A model generated the notes under the pieces. It was not told where the DNA came from. It worked only from the letters and a program-made list of their open reading frames with translations, and searched no databases. The position numbers and the translations under genes are program-made. DNA of 44,752 bases, taken from Patescibacteria group bacterium (GTDB lineage Bacteria; Patescibacteriota; Minisyncoccia; Phycocordibacterales; Zambryskibacteraceae). Of this stretch, positions 34,890 to 42,576 are shown one piece after another (the first letter of the stretch is position 1; the number at the start of each line of letters is the position of its first letter). Where the stretch lies: assembly GCA_038058485.1 (NCBI GenBank), contig JBBUBA010000012.1:1-44752 (forward strand), in the 5' to 3' direction.

Positions 34890-35818
34890 AGTCCTCAAAA
34901 AATATCATGATTACATGTGGTGGCGGTGGTGGGCCGATCTTCCTGGCCCGCCACCTGCAAGAGCGCCACCGAATCTTCCTCGTTGATGGTAGCAGAGAGA
35001 ATGCCGCTCCATATCTGGGGTTCCCGTTTGAGCGAGTCTCTTTCGGTAACAACCCAGTTTTTATAAAAGAAATGCAAAGCTTGATCAATAAGTGGCACAT
35101 CGATTGTATTGTGCCTGGGGCGGACGAAGAGTTGATACCAGTATCAAAACTTTTGGAGACTAACCACGGACTGATGGCATTGATCCCCTCAAAAGAATTT
35201 ATAGAGTTGTGTCTCGACAAGAGAGGACTAATGGAAATCTTGGCCAAAGCCAAGATTTCCACACTTCTGTCATACGAGAGTTTGGCCAAAGTAAAGTATC
35301 CAGCTCTGGCCAAACCAAACTCCGGTAGAGGCTCTCGACAGGTGCACAAGGTGAAGAATAAACAGGAACTAGATGGATATCTCAAGTTATATAGCAAAAA
35401 ATTTCAAAACGTTCTGGTTCAGCCATACATCGAGGGTGTAGAGTATACCGTCTCGGTCATCGTTAACAATAAAAACAAGTTCATCGGAATTGTGCCCAAA
35501 CGGGTGATAGAGAAGAGAGGTATCACTCGAGCGGCAGTCTCCGAAAGAAATATTCAAATAGAGAAAGTGTGCAAAAAAATTATTGCAACCTTCAATCCTC
35601 GGGGCCCCTTCAACGTCCAATTAAAATTGGATAAAGGGAAAATATATATTTTCGAGATTAATCCCAGACTCTCAACCACATCGGTTTTGAGTGATAAGGC
35701 TTTCGGAAATGAGGTTATGCTCCATATCAAGTATCATGATAAGGATACGATTACCCACCCTCCCAAGTTTAAAGAAGGGGTGTATTTGTATCGCTATGAA
35801 GAAAACATCTTTAAATAA
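34886..35818 (+). CDS. ATP-grasp ligase
   Basis: YPALAKPNSGRGSRQVHKV, VLVQPYIEGVEYTV and IFEINPRLS. Confidence 0.75.
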   Translation: MKSSKNIMITCGGGGGPIFLARHLQERHRIFLVDGSRENAAPYLGFPFERVSFGNNPVFIKEMQSLINKWHIDCIVPGADEELIPVSKLLETNHGLMALIPSKEFIELCLDKRGLMEILAKAKISTLLSYESLAKVKYPALAKPNSGRGSRQVHKVKNKQELDGYLKLYSKKFQNVLVQPYIEGVEYTVSVIVNNKNKFIGIVPKRVIEKRGITRAAVSERNIQIEKVCKKIIATFNPRGPFNVQLKLDKGKIYIFEINPRLSTTSVLSDKAFGNEVMLHIKYHDKDTITHPPKFKEGVYLYRYEENIFK

Positions 35819-36584
35819 AAAAATTCTTCTTTTGGGTGCGGGTGGTTTGGTGGGGCGGGCCTTGTTCAATAATTTTGAGAGTCTCGGTTTAGACGTGCGG
35901 GGTACTACCAGAGCTGATTTGGATACTTGTGACACAGAGATAGTGAAAGGATTTCCCTGGTCGGACTATGATGTGATAGTAGATTGTACAGGTTTTATTG
36001 ATTACGGTGAGACTAAAGAAATAGAAGAAAAGTTGAAAAAAGTAAACATGGAAGCTCCGTTAAATCTTCTTAGCCAGCTTGGAGAGACTCAGCGATATAT
36101 ATATCTTTCAAGCCATGTCGTTCTTTTGCCTCCAGAGAGCCAAAATCCTTACGCTAAGTCTAAGGCCGAGTTCGAGAAGTTGTCTGCCTCGGGGGAGGTG
36201 AAGGCCAAAGTATTAATCCTCAGACTTCCTGGCATTTTTGCTGACGAACGAGAAAGTGGTCTCTTGTATAAAATCAAACAAAGTTTTTTGAAGCGGGAGT
36301 CTCTATCTCTTACTATAAACAACGTGCTTTGGCATGCCATGTACTTACCGCGCGTAATTGAGATTATCGAAAAATTGATCACGATCTCACCTAAAGAACG
36401 CATTATCACTGTCGGCTATCCCACAGAGACAAACATCGAAAAGATTATAGGAGACAGAAAGAACGTCATCTTGAATGTAAATCAAACAGATCACTATTGC
36501 CCAGATGTGAGAATTCAAAACCAATATATTCAAATTACTCCTCCGATGTTTGAAGAAGACCTGGAAGCTTACTTTAAAAAATGA
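35796..36584 (+). CDS. NAD(P)-dependent sugar reductase/epimerase-like protein (extended SDR)
   Basis: ILLLGAGGLVGRAL Rossmann motif and YAKSK (YxxxK). Start chosen at MKKTSLNKK; the track ORF 35691 overlaps the ATP-grasp gene. Confidence 0.65.
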   Translation: MKKTSLNKKILLLGAGGLVGRALFNNFESLGLDVRGTTRADLDTCDTEIVKGFPWSDYDVIVDCTGFIDYGETKEIEEKLKKVNMEAPLNLLSQLGETQRYIYLSSHVVLLPPESQNPYAKSKAEFEKLSASGEVKAKVLILRLPGIFADERESGLLYKIKQSFLKRESLSLTINNVLWHAMYLPRVIEIIEKLITISPKERIITVGYPTETNIEKIIGDRKNVILNVNQTDHYCPDVRIQNQYIQITPPMFEEDLEAYFKK

Positions 36585-37069
36585 TTATAAATACAGCCAG
36601 AGTAGTAGACAGGGTGGCGGGGGTCGTTTTGAAAGAAGACTCAGTCCTCCTCATGTATAGAAAAAACTATGGCAAAGAGTACTACACTTTTCCAGGTGGA
36701 GGCATAGACTATGGTGAGACAAAGGAAGGGGCGTTCATCCGTGAGATGGCTGAGGAGACTTCGCTCAATGTAAAACCCGAAAAGATTCTGTATGAAGTAA
36801 ATTGGGATAATGGTACCAAGCAGTATTTCTTCCAAGTCACATGTCTCATCGGCGAACCTGTTCTCGGAGATTTTGATGAAAGGAAGATTATGCAGAAAGA
36901 TCCAGAACAATACTACGAACCCAAATGGGTCCAAATTGCGGATTTACCCAAGCTACTCATCTTTCCGCTTGAAGTGGTAGATTTACTAATAAGTGACCTG
37001 AAAACTGGTCTTCCGGCTATAGCTCGCCAATTATCGATAACGTTTGCAACAAGTCGTCAAGAGAGGTAA
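36581..37069 (+). CDS. NUDIX hydrolase
   Basis: Nudix box GGGIDYGETKEGAFIREMAEETSL. Confidence 0.85.
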   Translation: MIINTARVVDRVAGVVLKEDSVLLMYRKNYGKEYYTFPGGGIDYGETKEGAFIREMAEETSLNVKPEKILYEVNWDNGTKQYFFQVTCLIGEPVLGDFDERKIMQKDPEQYYEPKWVQIADLPKLLIFPLEVVDLLISDLKTGLPAIARQLSITFATSRQER

Positions 37070-37078
37070 GGTTGAGCC

Positions 37079-37750
37079 ATGAATAAGACTAATAAGGTCT
37101 TGGTAGTAGTAGCCCATCCTGATGATGAGCTCTTGGGACTGGCCGGTACGCTTTGCAAGCATCGAGACGCGGGAGACAATGTGTCTATTTTGATCTTGGC
37201 TAATGGTGAGGACTCTCGGGATACAGGGGCTAATGCCAAAAAGCGCCTTGGCCAAGCTGGAAGAGTGGCAAAGAAATTGAAGGCCAAACTATATCTGGAA
37301 AACTTGCCGGACAATCAGTTTGACTCTGTACCACTCTTAAAGATCGCTAAGCTTGTGGAAAAAGTGATTTTCAAAGTGAAGCCGTCTATCGTCTACACTC
37401 ACCATCCGCAAGATCTCAACATTGATCACCAGAAGGCGTGTGAGGCGGTAATGACAGCTTGTCGCCCAATGCCTGGTGTGCACGTTAGGAAGATTTTTGG
37501 ATTCGAAACCCTCTCTTCAACTGAGTGGCAAATAAAGGATTTCAGACAATTTGCGCCGAATCATTATGTGGATATACACAAGTATCTAAAGGAGAAGCGG
37601 TCTCTCCTCAAACACTATCACGATGAAATGCGCAACTACCCTCACTCTCGTTCCTATGAAGGAGTAGAAATACTTGCTAAGTACAGAGGTTTGGAAGTTG
37701 GACTCAAGTCCGCCGAAGCCTTTGAGGTTCTGCGTTCCATCGATTTCTGA
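37079..37750 (+). CDS. PIG-L/LmbE-family N-deacetylase
   Basis: VVAHPDDELLG motif and downstream HxDH. Confidence 0.85.
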   Translation: MNKTNKVLVVVAHPDDELLGLAGTLCKHRDAGDNVSILILANGEDSRDTGANAKKRLGQAGRVAKKLKAKLYLENLPDNQFDSVPLLKIAKLVEKVIFKVKPSIVYTHHPQDLNIDHQKACEAVMTACRPMPGVHVRKIFGFETLSSTEWQIKDFRQFAPNHYVDIHKYLKEKRSLLKHYHDEMRNYPHSRSYEGVEILAKYRGLEVGLKSAEAFEVLRSIDF

Positions 37751-37792
37751 TCTAAATTAGAGGGCTACTTTATAAAATGCTAGGATACAGCC

Positions 37793-38404
37793 ATGCCTAC
37801 ACAAGTGGTGATAGTCGATTACGGATTAGGTAACCTAACCTCTGTTAAAAATGCGCTTCTGATGGTTGGTGTGGAAGCTCTTATAACAAGAGATCCCACA
37901 GATATTAGCGATGCATCTCACCTCATCCTCCCGGGCGTTGGTAGTTTTGGTCAGGGGATGAGAGGTTTGAAGGAGCGCGGGCTCGTCGAGGTATTGCAGA
38001 AAGAAGTTCTCGAGAATCACAAAAAAATTCTAGGAATTTGTCTAGGCATGCAGCTTCTTGCGACGAAAGGATTTGAGTTCGGAGAGAACGAAGGACTTGG
38101 TTTCTTGTCTGGGGAAGTTGTTAAAATCAATACTGCCGAAAGATTGCCTCACATGGGTTGGAACAATGTTTCCCTCGTAGGTGAACACAGAATTACTGAA
38201 GGGCTCGAAACAAATCCCCAGTTCTACTTTGTTCACAGCTTCCACTTCAAACCGGAAGATAGGAGTATTGTGGCCGGTGTGGCGGAGTATGGCGAACCCA
38301 TAGTATCTATAATAGAGAAGGGGAATATCTTCGGTACACAGTTCCATCCTGAAAAAAGTCATGATGCGGGTCTAAAAATCCTTAAAAATTTTCTTAATCT
38401 CTAA
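37793..38404 (+). CDS. hisH: Imidazole glycerol phosphate synthase HisH-like glutamine amidotransferase (WbuY-type paralogue)
   Basis: ILPGVGSFG, GICLGMQLL (nucleophile Cys) and FGTQFHPEKS. TAGGAT (37781-37786) plus 6 nt lies before the ATG. Confidence 0.85.
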   Translation: MPTQVVIVDYGLGNLTSVKNALLMVGVEALITRDPTDISDASHLILPGVGSFGQGMRGLKERGLVEVLQKEVLENHKKILGICLGMQLLATKGFEFGENEGLGFLSGEVVKINTAERLPHMGWNNVSLVGEHRITEGLETNPQFYFVHSFHFKPEDRSIVAGVAEYGEPIVSIIEKGNIFGTQFHPEKSHDAGLKILKNFLNL

Positions 38405-39231
38405 TGCTTACCACCAGACTCATTCCGGTGCTCCTATATAAAAGTGGAATTTTAGTTAGAAGTAGAACCTTTACGCTTCACCAAGCCACTGGTGATCCCA
38501 TAACCCAAGTGGAACGTCTAACTGCTTGGAAAGCTGACGAACTTATATATCTAGATATTAGTCGAGACGCAGTTTATGATTTCAGACAAACGATGAACGT
38601 CATAGGTCCGACGAGTTCGAGTAGGGATTTATTTGCAACAATGCAGAACAATTTCATCGATGTTGTGAGAGAAGTATCAAAGATTTGTAGGATTCCGTTG
38701 ACCGTCGGCGGTAAAATCCGTACAATTGAGGATATCCGAGTCCGTCTTGAGGCTGGTGCAGACAAGGTAAGTATCAATACCGAGGCTTTGCGAAGAAAAG
38801 AGTTTATTAGAGAGGCAGCAGAGGCCTTTGGTAGCCAATGTATTGTCATTTCGATAGATGTCAAGTTTGATCCGGAGAAGAACAGATGGGCGGTCTATCG
38901 TGATTTTGGTAAAGTGAGGACAGGCCTTGATCCAGCTACTTGGGCCAAGGAAGCGGTTCAATATGGTGCAGGGGAGATACTCATACAATCGATAGATCGA
39001 GACGGCACAGGTAGGGGATATGACTTGGATCTTGTCCGTGAGGTGGTAAGAGAGGTTAGCGTCCCGGTCATTGCCTTGGGGGGAGTTGGGGAATTTGAGC
39101 ATCTAGTAGAGGGGATAAAGAGGGGTGAAGCAAGTGCTGTGGCCGCCGCTAACATTTTCCATTTCAGCGAACAGAGTGTTATCAATGCAAAAGAATATAT
39201 GAAAAAAAAAGGTATAAATGTCCGACTATAA
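38404..39231 (+). CDS. hisF: HisF-like cyclase subunit (WbuZ-type paralogue)
   Basis: RLIPVLL...ADELIYLDIS...GGKIRT...GADKVSINT...SIDRDGTG.GYD...ALGGVG pattern. Confidence 0.85.
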   Translation: MLTTRLIPVLLYKSGILVRSRTFTLHQATGDPITQVERLTAWKADELIYLDISRDAVYDFRQTMNVIGPTSSSRDLFATMQNNFIDVVREVSKICRIPLTVGGKIRTIEDIRVRLEAGADKVSINTEALRRKEFIREAAEAFGSQCIVISIDVKFDPEKNRWAVYRDFGKVRTGLDPATWAKEAVQYGAGEILIQSIDRDGTGRGYDLDLVREVVREVSVPVIALGGVGEFEHLVEGIKRGEASAVAAANIFHFSEQSVINAKEYMKKKGINVRL

Positions 39232-40363
39232 CAAATCAAAGTGTCATATATGTGGTGAGACAGAGACTTTTAAAGTAGCAAACAAAAATTACTATTTGGA
39301 TGGATTAAAGGTCCAAATAAAACAAGAGTACCTAATTTGCTCACGGTGCGGGTTCCTTTTCACCGCAGATCCTCCATCTAAAAAGTTTCTAGAAAAATAC
39401 TATAATACGAGTTTCCAGGAGCGGAGTGGATTTGCGGATTCCTCCGAGAAAAGACATGTAAGGGACCAAGTACATTTTCTGAAAAGCTCAATGGGTGTTT
39501 TTAGCGGACCGATTCTTGAGATTGGGCCAAACCATGGAGAATTTCTTGATGAACTAAGAAAAATTGGTACTCATAAGTTATATTATTCAGAATTGAACGA
39601 GCGAGCAGCAAGAATATTGAAAGCTAGAGGCTATACGGATTTCGATTCCATGAAGTCAAAGAGGGGATCCGTCAGTCTTATCGTACTGATGCACACCCTG
39701 GAGCACGTTGTCGATCCCCGCCACTTCATTGCGAGGCTTGTTTCCTATCTGTCCGAGAATGGACATCTTTACATCGAAGTGCCAGATTTTTCCCGCCATG
39801 ACAAGAACACTGATTCCTTACTGTTTGAGCATGTAAATTATTTTGGGAAATTCTCACTTCACTATCTTCTCTTCTCATGCGGTCTCGACATCATATCTAT
39901 TGAATCTGATACCGATGCTCTGTACACTGCCTGTCCACGCCGAATTGTTCGCATAATCGCGCAAAAATCTAATACTATCCCCAATACCTCCCAAAAACGA
40001 ATTGATGCCATCCGTAAAACAATTAGTAGAGAAAATTTATTTTTCGAAAAACTAGACGATTTCCTTTTCAAGGTGAAGCGGGGAGAGAGAATTGGTATTT
40101 ACACGGCAGGTCTTCTTGCTAGAGAAAGTCTTCGGAAGACTAGATTGGGAAGCAAAACAGTAGTGGGTATATTTGATCGGGATAAAAGCAAGTGGGGGAA
40201 GAAGGTGGGGGGGGTGAATATAATGTCACCAGAAGAGATAAAGAAATTCAACATAAAATATCTGCTAGTCTTGAACGAAGGGTATGAGAACCAGATTCGG
40301 AAGGATCTAGGTAAATCAAAATTTCCAAAGGCTACCTTTTATTCAGATATTATGAAATTATAG
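39218..40363 (+). CDS. Class I SAM methyltransferase with N-terminal zinc ribbon and extra C-terminal domain (NDP-sugar C-methyltransferase-like architecture)
   Basis: CHICG...CSRCG, motif I ILEIGPNHGEF, and a ~120-aa C-terminal domain. Confidence 0.65.
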   Translation: MSDYNKSKCHICGETETFKVANKNYYLDGLKVQIKQEYLICSRCGFLFTADPPSKKFLEKYYNTSFQERSGFADSSEKRHVRDQVHFLKSSMGVFSGPILEIGPNHGEFLDELRKIGTHKLYYSELNERAARILKARGYTDFDSMKSKRGSVSLIVLMHTLEHVVDPRHFIARLVSYLSENGHLYIEVPDFSRHDKNTDSLLFEHVNYFGKFSLHYLLFSCGLDIISIESDTDALYTACPRRIVRIIAQKSNTIPNTSQKRIDAIRKTISRENLFFEKLDDFLFKVKRGERIGIYTAGLLARESLRKTRLGSKTVVGIFDRDKSKWGKKVGGVNIMSPEEIKKFNIKYLLVLNEGYENQIRKDLGKSKFPKATFYSDIMKL

Positions 40364-40367
40364 TGGG

Positions 40368-41561
40368 ATGAAGACGAAAAGACCGATGACATATTGCAAA
40401 CGGTGCACCTACCCGATTATGGCGGTTAATTTGACAATAGGCGATGAAGGGGTCTGTAGTGGCTGCACTGTCCATGATGAGAAACCTGTAATAGATTGGA
40501 CTAAGCGAGAAGAAGAGTTCAAGAACTTGCTCGAATCTTATAAGAGCAAAGATGATAGTAACTATGATTGCATCATCCCTGTTTCTGGAGGTAAGGACAG
40601 CCACTTCCAGGCTTGGTATATAAAGGAGAAGCTTGGTTTGAATCCGCTCCTCGTCACTTACTATACTCACAACTACACACCGACCGGCGAGGAAAACTTG
40701 AAGAATATCGGCAAGACCTTCGGTATCGATCATTACGTGTTCACTCCGAGCTACAAAGTTATCCAGAAGATGAATCGCCTCGGTTTCAAAAAGACCGGAG
40801 ATATGAGCTGGCATTTCCACTGTGGGGCTTGGACAGTGCCATTTCAGTTGGCTGTCAAAATGAACATTCCCTTAGTGATTTACGGAGAACATGGGCTACT
40901 CGACTTGGCTGGACAATTTAGTTTTGAAGATCGACCAGAGTTTACTCAAAGGTATAGAAAGGAGACAATGATGCGAGGATTCGAACCAGAGGATTTTTTG
41001 GGAGGTGAAGAAGGTCTCACGAAAAGAGACTTGGAGTGGGCCCAGTTCCCATCTGATGAAGACATAGCCAGAGTTGGGGTCAGAGGCATATATATGGGTG
41101 TCTACGTCTTTTGGGACGCCAACAAGCACACGAAGGAGATTAGCATCCCGGCTGGTTTCAAACCCAATCCAGAGCCGTTTGTGAGGACATATAGGACAAT
41201 GTCTAATGTCGATGATATCCACGAAAACGGTATCAAGGATTATATGAAGTTTGTGAAGTTCGGTTACGGTAGAGCAACAGACCATACTTCTAAAGATATT
41301 CGTCTGGGGGTAATGACCCGCGAAGAAGGTATTGAATTATTGAAAAAATACGATGGAGCCTTCCCTCACAAATCGTTTAAATATTTTTTAGACATGACCG
41401 ATATGAGCGAAGAGGAGTTTTGGAAGACTGCAGATACGTTCCGCGATCCTCGAGTGTGGTGGATAGAGGATGGGCTGTGGTGGAAGGATAATATTTGGGG
41501 TGAACCGTCTTCATATGGCCAGGTTCATTTGTCAAAAGAAATGCAAAAAAAGTATGTTTAA
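40368..41561 (+). CDS. N-acetyl sugar amidotransferase (WbuX/PseA-type PP-loop enzyme)
   Basis: N-terminal CKRC...GVCSGC zinc motif followed by PP-loop PVSGGKDS. Confidence 0.8.
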   Translation: MKTKRPMTYCKRCTYPIMAVNLTIGDEGVCSGCTVHDEKPVIDWTKREEEFKNLLESYKSKDDSNYDCIIPVSGGKDSHFQAWYIKEKLGLNPLLVTYYTHNYTPTGEENLKNIGKTFGIDHYVFTPSYKVIQKMNRLGFKKTGDMSWHFHCGAWTVPFQLAVKMNIPLVIYGEHGLLDLAGQFSFEDRPEFTQRYRKETMMRGFEPEDFLGGEEGLTKRDLEWAQFPSDEDIARVGVRGIYMGVYVFWDANKHTKEISIPAGFKPNPEPFVRTYRTMSNVDDIHENGIKDYMKFVKFGYGRATDHTSKDIRLGVMTREEGIELLKKYDGAFPHKSFKYFLDMTDMSEEEFWKTADTFRDPRVWWIEDGLWWKDNIWGEPSSYGQVHLSKEMQKKYV

Positions 41562-42552
41562 GGAAAATGATATCCGCCCAAAAGATTTATTGGAGGGACA
41601 GAAGAAGGCGGTTGAAGCAGATATTCGGACCTTGCTAGATAGAAAATCAGAATTTGTTGAAGTTGCGTGTCCTGCCTGTGGGGGGAATGATTTTGTATCA
41701 AAGTTTGAGAAAAATGGTTTTAAATACGTCGAGTGTCCTAAATGTCTAACTTTCTACATGAGTCCTCGTCCAACCTTGAGAATTCTCACGGCTTTTCTTG
41801 AGAATTCACAAAATTATGCTTACTGGAGTAAATACATATTTCCTGCATCTGAAGAAACTCGGAGAATGAAAATTTTCTCTCCTAGAGTAGATCGAGTTCT
41901 GGGACTTTGTAAAAAACATCGAGTGAGTATGGATGCCTTACTCGAAGTGGGGGCAGGTTTCGGCACCTTTTGTGAGGAGCTTAAGGGAAGAAAAATATTC
42001 AAGCGAGTGGTAGCCATAGAGCCAAGTCCAACATTGGCAGCGGTTTGTAGAAAAAAGGGAATAGAGACTGTCGAATCGACAATCGAAAATATTGAATTTA
42101 AACATGGAAAGTCCTTTGACTTAGTTGTTAATTTTGAGGTAATTGAGCACCTCTTTTCTCCCAGAGAATTTGTTATTGCCTGCCGCAAATTACTCAAACC
42201 AAGCGGATTGTTTATAATAACTTGTCCCAATGGTCGTGGTTTTGACATAAAAACACTTGGTCCCGTATCTGACACAATTGATCATGAACATTTAAATTAT
42301 TTTAATCCCGAGTCACTTGCTGTCCTTTTAACCTCATGTGGATTTAAAGTACTAGAAAGTATTACGCCAGGTGTCCTGGATGCTGAACTGGTTCGTAACA
42401 AGGTTATAGAAGGTAAGTTTGACATAGCCGGCCAACCTTTTTTGAATGAAATACTTGTAGAAGAATGGGATAGGTTGGGTAGTATCTTTCAAGATTTTTT
42501 ATCGTTTCAGGGTTTATCTTCAAACATGTGGCTTGTGGCAAAAAATTGCTAG
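41554..42552 (+). CDS. Class I SAM methyltransferase with N-terminal zinc ribbon
   Basis: CPACGG...CPKC, motif I LLEVGAGFGTF and NFEVIEHL. Start chosen at the ATG overlapping the upstream stop; the track starts at 41470. Confidence 0.75.
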   Translation: MFKENDIRPKDLLEGQKKAVEADIRTLLDRKSEFVEVACPACGGNDFVSKFEKNGFKYVECPKCLTFYMSPRPTLRILTAFLENSQNYAYWSKYIFPASEETRRMKIFSPRVDRVLGLCKKHRVSMDALLEVGAGFGTFCEELKGRKIFKRVVAIEPSPTLAAVCRKKGIETVESTIENIEFKHGKSFDLVVNFEVIEHLFSPREFVIACRKLLKPSGLFIITCPNGRGFDIKTLGPVSDTIDHEHLNYFNPESLAVLLTSCGFKVLESITPGVLDAELVRNKVIEGKFDIAGQPFLNEILVEEWDRLGSIFQDFLSFQGLSSNMWLVAKNC

Positions 42553-42576
42553 GAGGAGTTATGTTAGGATAGTTCC

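Noticed and set aside
5130-39215. Homopolymeric A/T tracts of 8-9 nt inside CDSs (e.g. ~5137, ~10895, ~13226, ~16311, ~24513, ~39203) as phase-variation switches
   Set aside because: Such runs are frequent by chance in a ~40% GC genome and are scattered without bias toward 5' ends of surface genes. No evidence of length variation can be obtained from a single sequence.
35691-41553. N-terminal extensions of track ORFs 35691..36584 and 41470..42552
   Set aside because: The extensions overlap the upstream genes by over 80 nt and lack domain content. The Rossmann or zinc-ribbon motifs begin right after the internal ATGs at 35796 and 41554, which sit at or near the upstream stop.
42551-42572. Perfect SD-like AGGAGG plus 4 nt plus ATG, opening a 3-codon mini-ORF (MLG-stop) just upstream of the Wzy_C gene
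   Set aside because: The ORF is too short to encode a product. The TAGGAT -10 for the leaderless downstream gene lies inside it, so it would not be on that transcript. Probably a coincidental purine run at the 3' end of the upstream operon.
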